Source of the DNA: Marsupella aquatica
Taxonomy: Eukaryota > Plantae > Marchantiophyta
Length of the DNA stretch: 64,000 bases
Assembly: GCA_973895155.1 (NCBI GenBank)
Contig: OZ316898.1
Location: 20,533,292-20,597,291, forward strand
Direction of reading: 5' to 3'
Shown: piece by piece, positions 26,691 through 38,556 of the stretch
Numbering within the stretch: position 1 is the first letter of the stretch
How the letters are laid out: each line of letters starts with the position of its first letter
Notes under the pieces: model-generated
What the model was told of the DNA's origin: nothing
The model's input: the letters and a program-made list of their open reading frames with translations, nothing else
Database searches by the model: none
Made by a program: the position numbers and the translations under genes

Positions 26691-28595
26691 TTACGGAAAC
26701 TAGTTTCTTATGCAATCCCGTACAGTACTAGAATTCAATGCTTGTAAATAATATAAAAATATCGGCTATATTGAGATTCGTATTGGTCTCGTAGCTTCAG
26801 TTTAATGTGGTGTATTTCTAATCAGGCGTCAATATCTTGGAAAGCTATACGTATCCAAGGAAAAGTCCATATTTAGCAGTTGTGGGACTCACCTTACCCT
26901 AACTTGATTGACGAACGGGTTATGTTCAGTTCTTCACAACTCATTCGTTTGCTCAGTGCAAACGTGGCTGGCCTTGGACATGGGATTGAAGATGGAAAAC
27001 TGATCCGTGAAATTCATTCACAACATGTGGCATATGCAAAAAAGGGGTATATAGCTTTCAAAGAGTTACTCTGTAGTTTAGTAGGACAAACAACTATCTA
27101 AGTTAAGCGCAACTTCTGTAGAATGCTAGAGGATCTACTGTAGCTGCTTGATAAACAAAATCGTCCTTGAAGCAAGTGAATTAATCGTTGTCGTATGTCT
27201 TTAAGTACCAAAGTTCACATAGCCAAGAATAATGAAACTTTGACTCATGTCCGTAAGTATGTTCACTCCTTTGAATTTGTGAATGACAGGACCTTGGCGT
27301 ACAAATTAATTGACCTTTGATGTTCATTTAAATGGCCTAATTATACCTTTGTAAACAAAAGATGTTGGTTTACCTGACTCGACACAACAGCGGTGAGCGT
27401 GTACAACTCAAATTGGCGCTGAAGGGAACCATTTGCATATCCTCATTATGTAGAACAATGCATAACATGATGCCGATGAGTCACCACAATGTTCTCTAGG
27501 GTTCCAATCCATTACGAGATGGCTACATTTTCCATACTCATGTCCGAGGTTGGGAAATGGGAAGTCAAGTCTGACAGTTGTCATCTCAAGGAACAGGTTG
27601 GGCAACTCGCCATAATGATGTGTCTTTTCAAGCTCTCAGCACATTGCCGCCTCACTATCCTGTGTATAGAGCTCTAAATTAGAAGATGAGAGGGCATTGT
27701 ATTGTTCTCAGGATTTCACTTACCAGCTGGTCCTTGGCATGGGGGAAAGAAACATTTTGGATGAAGAAATTTGGAGGATGACAGCAAGTCTTCCCAAAAA
27801 AACTCTCCCCAACTATGATGTGACTTGCACTGTTCTTTAATCGCAAATACGTAGAGACTGATTTGCACAGACAGAACGGGTAATTGTAAAGTGCAAGCAA
27901 ACAGTAAAAGTTTTCCTTGTCCAAGCAAGAAACATTCTTGCATGACCCTTATTTTTCTACATCCAACTGCCTCGCTATCAACTACCTGGTTAGTAACATC
28001 CCTTTTGGGGACTCTCCTTTTTGCTAGCAAGCTGGCTAGCCATCTGTAGTCTTTAAAAAACACAAAAAATATTAATAGCACCAAAAAGCAAATAAAATTT
28101 GAAAGCATTAGTGTCATGCTAATAACATTTCCTTGCTATCAAAATCTCCTGTTTGCTTGCAACATAGTATACCTCAGACAGAACTCCACTCTTCTGAAGG
28201 TCATTGCTTTGGTATGTGCTTATGGTTCATAACACTTACACTAGCATGGTGTAGATGGTTTGCATCCAATGCTTTCTCACCAGGCAATGTAGATGCATGA
28301 ACTCAATTTGAAGGTTACTTCCATAGTTTACGAACACAAAGGTGATGCAGCACTAACGAAAGTAAAACGAACTATTTTCAGCCCAGTCGGTGTCCCGAGT
28401 TATTGAGCAAGGAGCACAGTCTTTACAGCTGAAAGAAAAATGGGTTTAAAACAAAATGGAGAAGAAACACACGAGGGAAATAGAGGACAAACACCAAATT
28501 CAAAAGAAGAGAACAATGCAACCTCCAAAGACCTACAGTACTGTAGAAAGAGAAAATAATTAGAGATAATGATCTACCATGTTACAGTGTGATGA

Positions 28596-28737
28596 GCTAA
28601 TGGTACATTATCAAAAACTATAACACAATGTCACACCTATTTATAGAGTGGTCATCCTACCAAGCTGCTAATGGTACATTATCAAAAACTATAACACAAG
28701 GTTACACCTTTTTATAGAGTGGTCATCCTACCAAGCT
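28596..28737. repeat. Tandem duplication, 2 x 71 bp
   Basis: GCTAATGGTACATTATCAAAAACTATAACACAA...TATAGAGTGGTCATCCTACCAAGCT starts at 28596 and at 28667. Confidence 0.9.
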
Positions 28738-29172
28738 TGCAGTTTCCCTGGCCAAACAAAATTACAGAAACTGAGTTGAAAAGAGAAAAGCAAACAAAGA
28801 CAAACAAGACACTGCAAAAAGTAGAGGATGAGGAAAAATACATTTTGATCCTTCCCCAAATACTCTCCATTATAGTCCCCAATCCCCAATTGATTTCCCC
28901 TCTATCCTTGCATTGTCACCTTGCATTGTGGTTGCTGGTACATTCCCTGGCACAATGTCTATTCCAGTACAATCACTGGCCAGCACCGCGTTAATGCTCC
29001 CCCATTTTCCCGGGCCCGTAGAGTGCCCGTCCCAGTCTCCTATGCTCCTGCCTGCTCTGGCCCGAGTTTGCCAAAATAGCCCGTCCCAGTCTCAGATGCT
29101 ACTGCCCGCTCCCGGCCCCAGTGTGCCAAAACATAATCCAATACTCTATTATGTCATTTGCTTTGGCCCCAT

Positions 29173-29319
29173 TTATCCCACTCAAATACCCAATAGCCAC
29201 CATTTTTTTAGCACACTACAGTACCTATCACTTAAAGACAAAAGTTATCCCACTCAAATACCCAATAGCCACCATTTTTTTAGCACACTACAGTACCTAT
29301 CTCTTAAAGACAAAAGTTA
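29173..29319. repeat. Near-perfect tandem duplication, 2 x 72 bp
   Basis: TTATCCCACTCAAATACCCAATAGCCACC...CTTAAAGACAAAAG starts at 29173 and 29245, with one mismatch seen. Confidence 0.92.
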
Positions 29320-29874
29320 AACATGTGCCAGACGAACATGCCATAATACCAAATATGCACCACTCTGATAGGATATGCTCATCGGAACTGTTCGTGACGT
29401 TGTGCCGCAAAATTACTAGTACTCGAAGGACGAAGTCGCGTTGCTTTCGTTGGAAACTTCGCGAAGCGTTTGAAGCTGGCTTTCTTTTCGCAAGGGACGA
29501 CATCTTCACGCTAGAATTATCTCGTTGCTCTCGGCCGCCTCCGTTAGATCCGTTCAATCAGGAGAAATGCGGGAGTAATGAGTTGCGGACGACAACAATT
29601 CTTCCCGCGGTGATCGTCGGGGTTCTCTCTCCGTCCACTGAAATTGCTTTAGGGGGGGAACGGATGACGTGAGGCCACCACTTGGGAAAAGAGAATGTTG
29701 TCGAAGTGCCGGATCTGATTCTGTTGAGCTCACTTTCGTAGCGGGGTCGTTTCGTCGATGGATGCTGGGTCGAAGACGGAGTGATTTGATCTCTTAGTTT
29801 CGAGAACTGTATCTCGGTCGGCATGTTCACCTGGAAACAGAGCCTTCGAATGTTTCGGTTCTGAAGGAATTCAA

Positions 29875-29890
29875 TTAGGGTTTAGGGTTT
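29875..29890 (+). promoter_or_regulatory. Telo-box pair (TTAGGGTTTAGGGTTT) in the leader/5' intron of the PRP38-like gene
   Basis: Two plant-telomere-type units ~200 bp upstream of the CDS. Telo-boxes are known near the starts of plant translation and RNA-processing genes. Confidence 0.5.
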
Positions 29891-30086
29891 CAAAGTATCG
29901 AGACCTAGCTTGTCAGGGCTGTTTGATGGCTAGCAGTATTGTGACGGGAACATGAGGTTAGAGTGCTTCTTGTGAAGTTGAAGTTGGCGTAGAGTCGGTT
30001 TTTCCTGAAGCCTGGGGAAGGATTGGTTGCTTCGGGAGGAGCGAGTTTCGCTGTTGGTGAGGTGAACGTAGTGTGCAGGTTTTCTG

Positions 30087-31229
30087 ATGTCAGAAAGTCC
30101 GGTGCACATGGAAGTACAAACTAGCGGCAAACCGATCGATTCTGTGTTGGAGAGAGTGCTATGTATGAATATCCTGTCATCTGATTACTTCAAAGAGCTT
30201 TATCGGTTGAAAACCTATCACGAAGTCATAGATGAGATCTACAATCAGGTTGATCACGTGGAGCCATGGATGACAGGAAATTGTCGCGGACCTTCAACAG
30301 CGTTCTGCCTCCTTTACAAGTTCTTTACCATGAAGCTTACAGTGAAGCAGGTGCAGGGCTTACTGAATCATGGAGACTCCCCTTACATCCGAGCGGTTGG
30401 ATTCTTGTACTTACGCTATGTGGGAGACTCGAAGAGCTTGTGGGGATGGTTTGAGCAGTACATTACGGACGAAGAGGAGTTCTCCCCGGGTTCAAACGCG
30501 AAAATGACGACTATGGGCCTTTATGTCCGCGACCTTCTGCTGGATCAGTATTATTTTGATACCTTGCTCCCCCGAATACCCGTGCCGGTCATGAGACAGA
30601 TGGTTTCGAGCCTTGAGCGCTTAAAGTTGTCCACGAAGCCTGCAGGAGCTACGGCAACGGAGAGTAGGCACTCAACAGATGACACAGCACGCAGGCCCCC
30701 CTCAGTTAAAGCAGCCCTATCTGTCTCATTTGGCCAAAGAGCGCCTCACCGTGCGTCAACACGTGATTTCTCTCCTGTGCGCCGTGGTGGATCAGGGTCT
30801 CGTGATCGTCAATCTAGGACAGATGACCAACGGTATTCACAACATGAGAGCTCGAAGCACAGCAAAGAAGAAACCGATGACAGAGAACGATCTTCCAGAC
30901 ACAGTGAGCGGGGACGAGCTAGAGACTTGGACAGGTCTAGGGAGAGGAGTAAATCTGATAGAGAGCGAGAGCAAGGGCGAGAAGAGGACAGGAAGAGAGC
31001 AAAGGTGGTCGATAGGAGCAGAGAACGTGACCGGGATTTCGCTCGGGAAAGCTCTTACGATAGAGACTGGGAGTCAAGCAGGGAACGCGAACGAAGGAAG
31101 GATTGGGATGAAAAAGAAACGGATAAGCACAGGGACAAGATGAAGCATTTCAGTATCGATGTCAGTTCCAAGGCAAAAGAAGAGTCCAATGAAGATGTGA
31201 TCTTTTTGGGTGGTCCTACTTGGAGATAA
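30087..31229 (+). CDS. PRP38B: Pre-mRNA splicing factor PRP38B/SRL1-like, intronless CDS (start at 30087 or 30108)
   Basis: PRP38 domain MNILSSDYFKELYRLKTYHEVIDEIYNQVDHVEPW...PSTAFCLLYKFFTMKLT...DSPYIRAVGFLYLRY, then RRPPSVKAALSVSFGQRAPHRASTRD, an RS/RD/RE-rich tail and a C-terminal EDVIFLGG.W. Splice acceptor TGTGCAG ends at 30078. Confidence 0.93.
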   Translation: MSESPVHMEVQTSGKPIDSVLERVLCMNILSSDYFKELYRLKTYHEVIDEIYNQVDHVEPWMTGNCRGPSTAFCLLYKFFTMKLTVKQVQGLLNHGDSPYIRAVGFLYLRYVGDSKSLWGWFEQYITDEEEFSPGSNAKMTTMGLYVRDLLLDQYYFDTLLPRIPVPVMRQMVSSLERLKLSTKPAGATATESRHSTDDTARRPPSVKAALSVSFGQRAPHRASTRDFSPVRRGGSGSRDRQSRTDDQRYSQHESSKHSKEETDDRERSSRHSERGRARDLDRSRERSKSDREREQGREEDRKRAKVVDRSRERDRDFARESSYDRDWESSRERERRKDWDEKETDKHRDKMKHFSIDVSSKAKEESNEDVIFLGGPTWR

Positions 31230-33784
31230 ACTGTTGGAGTTCCTTCGGACAGGTGGTAAAATGTCTAGTTATTTCAACAATTTGCCCACATTCAAGTGCA
31301 AGCAACAGGGTTGAGTCATCGCCTGGCACTGTGTCTGGCTGGTACTTGTTTAAGTTTTCGGGTGGAAATAGTCTGCTAGTACGATGTTGCTCAACTTTTG
31401 TGGAGGTGACCATTCCACTGTAGTCTCTCACGCAATCTTCCGTTCGGGCCCACCTGTTTTGCCATCTCTCCGTCATTGCCCAAGGCAGGGTTCCATTGGC
31501 ACCCTGTTTCAGTTGCTCTAAGCGTTCAGGAGGTTTTCCAGGATCAGAAATCTACTAGATTCGAATCACACAGAACTGATGCCGACAGCACGTGGCACAT
31601 TGGATAAAGTTCGGCCAATTGGGTCGAAATTGGCTTATATGTTGGGGGGACTTTCCTCGTCAGCCTCTGTGCAGAAGATCTCTCTCCGGAAACGCAGAAA
31701 CTTTTTTGCGTGTTCCAATTAGTAGTGGCCCGCAGGGGCAAGAGGCCTTCATCAATCAGATATGGGAAACTAGAGTAGTGACCACGGAAGAGGAGGAAAC
31801 ATCATTTAAAATCCCCACGACTTTGGCAGAGGTGTGCCATGGAACCGTTGAGCGTTTCAATGAATGGCGAATCACTTCTTCAACGGCGAGTCAGACAACA
31901 AAGAACCAGTGAACTAAGGGCGACCTGTCGACCCGCTGTATGGTGTATAATTCGAAAATCTTTACGAAATTCGTATACAGATTCAGTTAGATGGAGTGGC
32001 GCCTTACTTTCGATCTGCAGCTGGGTTTCGCGAACTTCCAGGAAGACGGAAGATGGTAGGCCATGTTCCTGGCTTCACTGGCTGGGGCCACTGTGAACGA
32101 GACTTTCATCACGCGCAACAATTCAGTTGCCAAGGCAGAGTATTCGGTAAAGCTTCTGGTCCTGTTCTCCATCTCCGACACTCAAAGTCGTCGGGAGCCA
32201 TCGAGCAGGGTTAAGCAAACAAGGTACACTGCTTAGATTCTTGGTATGGGTAGGGTTGTCCTCCCCCCCCTCCCCGTCCCCCACTTTATTTTTTGGACAC
32301 TCTCCTAGTGATTAGGCTTCAATTCCAGTTGTTACAGAGTTGGACCAAGACCACCAGCCATGTCTGCAGTTCATAACAGAAAGTAGCATTTTTCTGGCCT
32401 GCTTGTGAAATGTAATAAAAGAAATGAGGTGGCCCCCCTTTGCACGATTCAAACTTTGTCGATTAGTTAACAATATTTCCTCCTGGTCCGGTTGTAGCCA
32501 GGGAGTTCCCCCTGATTGCTATAAGCAATACTAGGTTCCTTGTGTTTTGAAATTCATCACTGTACAAATATTGATGCTGCTCGAGTAATTGTGCACAAGT
32601 TGTTCGATCTCGAGTCTTGACGTTAGAATTGCAAACCCTAACCTTCTTAATGCGACCTTGGTGTACTATGTGATGCGCAATGGCACGTGTCTCAATCTTC
32701 AGTAATGAATCTCTTGATCGTGTGAGTCATAGTGACGGGTTACGCGAGAAGACGTGCACACGGCCTCATATGTTGAGTAATCGGAGACTCATGATCCAAG
32801 ATTACTGCTCACCTTCTAAGGGTCGTTACGAGCGATCAGTGATAGCAGTTGATACGCGTCAGCAGAGTATAGCTCTGAAGTCAAACAAGATCATATGAGC
32901 CATTGAGTGATTGCGGGCAGTTGAGTAATCATTGCCATGGCATATCAGATAGCTTGAAAGTCAAGCAAGATCATATGGGCCCACAGTACTGCCACGGAAC
33001 GTCATGATTAAGAAGGCAAGTAAGTGGCCACGACTAGAAGACCATTTTGGGGTTGGGCTGTCTCCTCGTCTTCCTGAAGTTGAGTCTGACCTTGGGAATG
33101 CTCAATTCTAAAACCAAGAAGCAACGGTAAGCGCCAGATCAATTTCACTATTCCTTAAAAATAGTCATCGACACATTTCTCATTTCAGCTATCCGACTTT
33201 TACTGTACGTTAGGATAATCCTTGGATCCTGCGGTAACCTCACCCACCAAATCTAGCACAGCCTAGAGGAAAACCTTAGCGAGGCCCAAACTTGGTGATC
33301 CTCGTGAGCCTTGCCGACTAATGTATGTCTGGGTTGAAACCTCGTCAATGTTTGGCGTATGCATGGGTTCACCGACAAAGAATAAATTTAGCGAGTACTC
33401 GTGAATCCATCTTGGATAGCTACCAGTTACCTGTGTTGTGCATCTAGGTCCATCTGAAGCTGGAATGGTATCAATAGCTATCAGTGACCTGTGATGTGTA
33501 TCAAGGTCCATCTGAAGCTGAATGGTATGTCTGGAAACTGCACTACCTTCTTGCATTAGATCTTGTCATTAATCTCACTCGACGTTTCAATCTCCTGTAC
33601 ATGCCCAAATTGTTGTGTTGAGTTCCTGCAGTCTTGCTCAGAGCACAAATTGCGGAGGATGGTTTACAAGTGACCAAAGTTCGACGTGAATATGCATCGG
33701 CCACCTTCTAGCTGGTCCGATTTAAGAATTAAATGGTAGACTGTCTTGCTGTCAAGACGTTATTTTCAGGACTGGCGTTTCCAG

Positions 33785-35549
33785 ATGGCAGTGAGCCCCG
33801 AGCTTGTGACAAAAGACCGGACTCTATGCCGAGTAATCACAATAATCCTGCCTTTCGGGGGCCTGGCGTGCATCAACATGTATCGTGGGATCGATTTCCC
33901 ACGGATCATTAGAGAGTTCCATGAGGACTGGACGACTCCAAATCTACCGATTCCGTCATTGCCTGACTATCCGAAGGCTTCTGTGAGAACGTCCGAAGAT
34001 GGAGAAATTCTGCACAAACTGAAAGAGCTTGCTCGTCTGGCTTCTGACGGTCACGACTATACTCTCACAGCTGCTGAGAGAGAGGCGTGGCACTCTCAAA
34101 ACCCATGCCTGCGATGTACGCTGCGAGGAAGCACGTCAAAGACATATCGAGGAATTTTGAATGGGACCGGGTTTTGGACGAATACTCCAACCTCCACCGC
34201 ATTTGCATGCAGAGAGTGGGGAATGTCAGCGAGCACTTCCTCCACAATTCCAATTTCAGCATCCCGGGCTGCAAATTCTTGGTGGGACAAGGGGATAACG
34301 GGTTAGGAAACAAGCTCTTCGTCACAGTTTCGGCTGTCTTTTACGCCATTGCGACCCAAAGGATTCTACTCATGCCTCTCGTGACCAACTTAAAAGCCGT
34401 GCTCTGTGAGCCATTTGTTGGCTCGTTGTGGATGCTGCTTGAAGCTGATAGCTCAGTGGCCCCAGCATATGGAAATGTGAACACCTCATGGGTGGAAGAC
34501 AGTGTGTTCATCCAGAACATGAATGCGCGGTTAGAGTTGGTCAAGAAAGAGGAAAGTGGGATCGGATCCAGATATCTGCCTCCCGTAGTGGATGCAGTGG
34601 TCGTGACGGCAGGCTGGAACCAGTGGCAGCCAAGGGACTGGTTCTACTGCAGCACGGAGCAGAAGTTCCTATCTGAGATTCCTTGGGTGTACATGTCCGC
34701 TTGTCTCTACAGTTTACCGAAAATATTTGGTAGCCCTGCATTCAGGACCTCTTTGAAGGCCCTTTTCCCCGATAACATGGTTACGACGCGGTTGCTGAGG
34801 TCTGTACTCCCCAGTGACAAAGTTTGGAGTCGATTCAAGCGCGTCAACCATGCGTACTTCCAGGAGCCGGATCGTCGAGTTGCAATTCAGATGCGCTTCT
34901 ACGGGACCTCTCATGAAACCTTGAAAGACTTGGTGAACAATAGGGTCGTGGACTATGTACTCCAGGCTGGCATTCTTCCAAATGTAACCGAGACCACTCT
35001 GGCAAGCGGCAGCACTGAGGTGGGCAGGGAATCCCCGTCACTGGGAGCTCCGATTACCACGGTGTTCATTGCCTCGTTGTATCCAGACTTGCACGACCGT
35101 CTTAGCGACTTCTACCTCCGCAATCCAACAGAGTCAGGGGAGAATGTGAATTTGGTCCAAGTGACGAACAATTTGTATCAGGCGTCTGGGGTGGAGGAGG
35201 ACACGGAGGCATTGGTGGAAGTGCTACTCCTGAGTGTTTCCGATGCGTTGTTGGTCACTCCCACGTCCACATTTGGCGGCCTCGCGCACACCTATGGAGG
35301 ACTCACTCCTTGGCTCATCAACACCTCCAGTGGTTCCTCGACAGTGTCCTGTGAGCGTGCTCTGAGTGTGGATGCTTGTCAGGGTGCCTCTACGAACTAC
35401 GATTGCGTCAACGATCTAGAAACTGCTAATCCTGACTGGACGACTCATCAGAATGCTACTGCAGAGGAGGAGCCACCCATCTCGGGCTTTGTTACTTTTT
35501 GGATGTTGTCTCAGGAGTGCAAGTGCTCACCAATGGCACGTCCAGCTGA
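33785..35549 (+). pseudogene. GT37 galactoside alpha-1,2-fucosyltransferase (FUT1-like), apparently disrupted by two frameshifts
   Basis: The N-terminal TM/stem frame (MAVSPE...VITIILPFGGLACI...WHSQNPC) switches frame near 34105-34110 into the catalytic frame (CKFLV, NGLGNK, LCEPF.GS.W, PSDKVW, AIQMR, VFIASL, EALVEVLLLSVSDALLVTPTSTFG). The FUT-like ending HLGLCYFLDVVSGVQVL...TGA(35547-35549) lies in another frame from about 35470. Confidence 0.8.
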
Positions 35550-38500
35550 ACTCTCTCGTCCTGAGGTAATCAGTTTGAGAGGCTGGGGCTTGCTGTTTCG
35601 GTTCACTTTACTGGTCACAAATCAGTTTTGGGGCCATTGAGAAACAAATCGGTTAATTCGATTTGGCTCAAGTGCTCTGACGGCAAGTTCAGAAGCTGCT
35701 TTAACGGAAGTTGCTCTAGTGCCGATTTTGGGTCTAGTTCCGGCACTTGCTTATCCCTTTCAGTTCAAATGAGTACTGTTAACATATGGGCTGGCTTTAT
35801 GAAGAATTCCAAATTAGTACTGTTAACATGGGATGGGTTTATGAAGAATTCTGGAGCCCCAGCAGCTGGCGAGGTTGTCTACGAGTGGTTAATTTATCTG
35901 TGACGGGATGATGATGAGACCATAAGGTTGGTCTGAGTGGTTAGCCCACTAGCAGTTGTAAATTGTGACATGAGGTCGACTTCACGCACTCCAAACTCTG
36001 CTGAAGACGACATACAGAGGTTTCCAATTTGCTGAAAACAATAACATTGTGTGTCTCTTTTCTCTATCTGTGATTTGGGGTATTGCTGTATAAGGCTTTT
36101 GAGTGAATACAGGTGTCTTGCGTCATGCCCTCTTGGTTACTAATGTGAGGATGAGCCTCGTAACTACAGCAATTCCAGTCATAAGTGTTAGCTAGATTCT
36201 TGTCATGGTTCTCAGCTTACTTCCCATTGAAAATTTACAATAACTCATTTTTCTCTGCTGTAACAGATTGAATTGTGCATGGATGACTCAACCTTATCTA
36301 GAATTGCCTGTTTATTTTGTTTGGTCCACGTAACCAACTTGGGTCACTCCCACCCACTATTGCCATGAAAACAATAGAAGAGAAGGAGTCAGCATTCAAA
36401 TATGATCCACCTTTTTCAATTCAATACAGTCTGAATTTTTATCAAGCAGCAACAATAATTTGTCCCATGACAGTGAAATTTCTGGGTCAACAAAATATTC
36501 ACTTTTTCCCGTTCTTTTCCTTTGCTAAGAACATTGACTCCTTTCTCCTCTTGTAATTTTTTTTATTACAAACATTATTGACTAATTATGGTGACCTTGA
36601 TTCACTGGGCTCTTTTGAAAATGGACAGTGATGGTTTAACTGGTGAGTTCCACTGCGTGTCCCTCTATGGTAAACTCTTTTCAGATCTATGATCGCTTCT
36701 TGATGTTCCCTGATGTCTAGAATCGTTAATTTGCACTTGGTTACCATGTAGAATTTGACCCTCTTAAGTCACTTGATATCCATTCATGAGCAGTAGTTGG
36801 ATTCTTGGAATGATTCCCAACTTGTTTCCAATTGGAAGTTCAGAGTCAACTCAGTTTTGGCCTTGATTACAGTTTGAATTGTGCATTATCACTCAAATTA
36901 ACATCAGAAGGTGTTCAAGCAAAGTCTCCTGTTTATTTTGTTTGATGCAAGGAACCAGTTGCCCTCAGGAAAAATTCTCTCATCATTGTTATGAAAGGAA
37001 TGGAAGCATGGGATCAACATTTAAGCATGAACTTTGTTCTTGCCATTGAACGCAGTCGGAATTGTATCAAGCAAGAAGTTCTGCTCCATAAGAAAACAGT
37101 CTCGAGTCAAATTGCATCCAACTACTCTAGGTGTTTGACTTGAAGAAACTTTTGGAAGATTTCATCGAGAAGTTGTGGAACATGTGAAGAGTGGCTTATC
37201 AGCCCAAAGCAACAGCCAAGAGATCCTAAAAGAAATACAACGCGTGAGAAAGTAGTTTGAGTATCAAGGTCTAATTGAAACCCTAACTACTTACAATATT
37301 TTTAGAAATTGACCCTAAAATTAGGGTTTCAATTCAGTTTTGAAACAACAATAGTGATATCCGTAAACCCTAATGACGGGACTTCATAAGTTGACAATGG
37401 AGTTTGCCAATGCTACATACAACCTACAATATTTTAAAATGAGATCATGAATTGGATATTACATAGTTGAGGAATTTGTCAAAACCTTCTCTGCATGTAA
37501 GAAATTCGGAATCGTTTCTCTTGTTTGGACGTAAGAGTCATGTAATTGTCTCTTTGTATTGCAACCCATCCACCCTGATTGTTTTGCAAACCGACATGTC
37601 CAATCCGAGCTGATTGAACTCATCTCAAATGCAGAGCAGCAATTGAATATCCCTGTCCAATGCATGCAATTGCCTAACAGCTAGGATAGGATCACAGTTA
37701 GCAAGCACCAAGACCATCAAAACCAAACAACGATGGACCCTCGAGGATGGATTTGAGAAAATTAGGTTCCGAAAACAGAATCAGACCTTCAACCAAGGTT
37801 GGCATTTGGTGCAGCATTTGTATTATGATTTTAATACTTGCTAACGATTGTCCATGTCCATATGCATCCACAATAATGTCAGTTGTGATCGAGCAGTTTT
37901 CCAACCTGATCAGATGTAATAGAACTCTTTCAGAAGTGAGTATTCCCCACTGGAGTGCAATAAGCTTATCGACGAAATGTCGACTGGTCGCACACGTCAG
38001 CCTCTCCTTTACCAATCCCTCTCATCTCCTCTTTTTGCACCACAGTGGCTAATAATTTCATCACCCGGCCCCAGCTCTCCTCTGTGGTAAAGACACTGAG
38101 AATAAAGATTCGTAGAACAAGATCCTTCCACTTATCAAGTAACCAGTCCATGGATCCACCGCTCACTCTCCTCTAGTTGCATTGCTTAAAACCATTGGAT
38201 AGTTATATGAATTTCTGTCTTACCGCTGTTGAGTCTAACGCTACAATGGAGACATCACCTTCTATCCATTTAAGATATCAAGCATTTGAAGCAGACTTGA
38301 TAACAGACTGCTTGGAATTTGAATGCTGGGGATACGGTGTCACGCATTTTCCTTCTACTTGCGTTTAAAAAACGATATTACCTAGATGAAGGCACCAGAA
38401 CCACTGTTTGATTTGAAGGTGTCCTTTACAAACTGATGATTGAGACATAAGCATCCAAAAACGTCTGATGATCCGGTAAAGATTTGCATTTAGTAATCTT

Positions 38501-38556
38501 ACCACCGAATTCATTGACAATAATTGGGTTGAAGAATTGGCTGCAGTGTCTGTGTT

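Noticed and set aside
27300-28500. Minus-strand ORF fragments faintly resembling a Ulp1-type peptidase of Mutator elements
   Set aside because: Catalytic motif match is weak and the frames are not joinable.
34087-35640. 517-aa ORF taken as an intact fucosyltransferase
   Set aside because: It starts at a GTG without the TM anchor and ends in an out-of-frame tail; better explained as the middle of a frameshifted gene.
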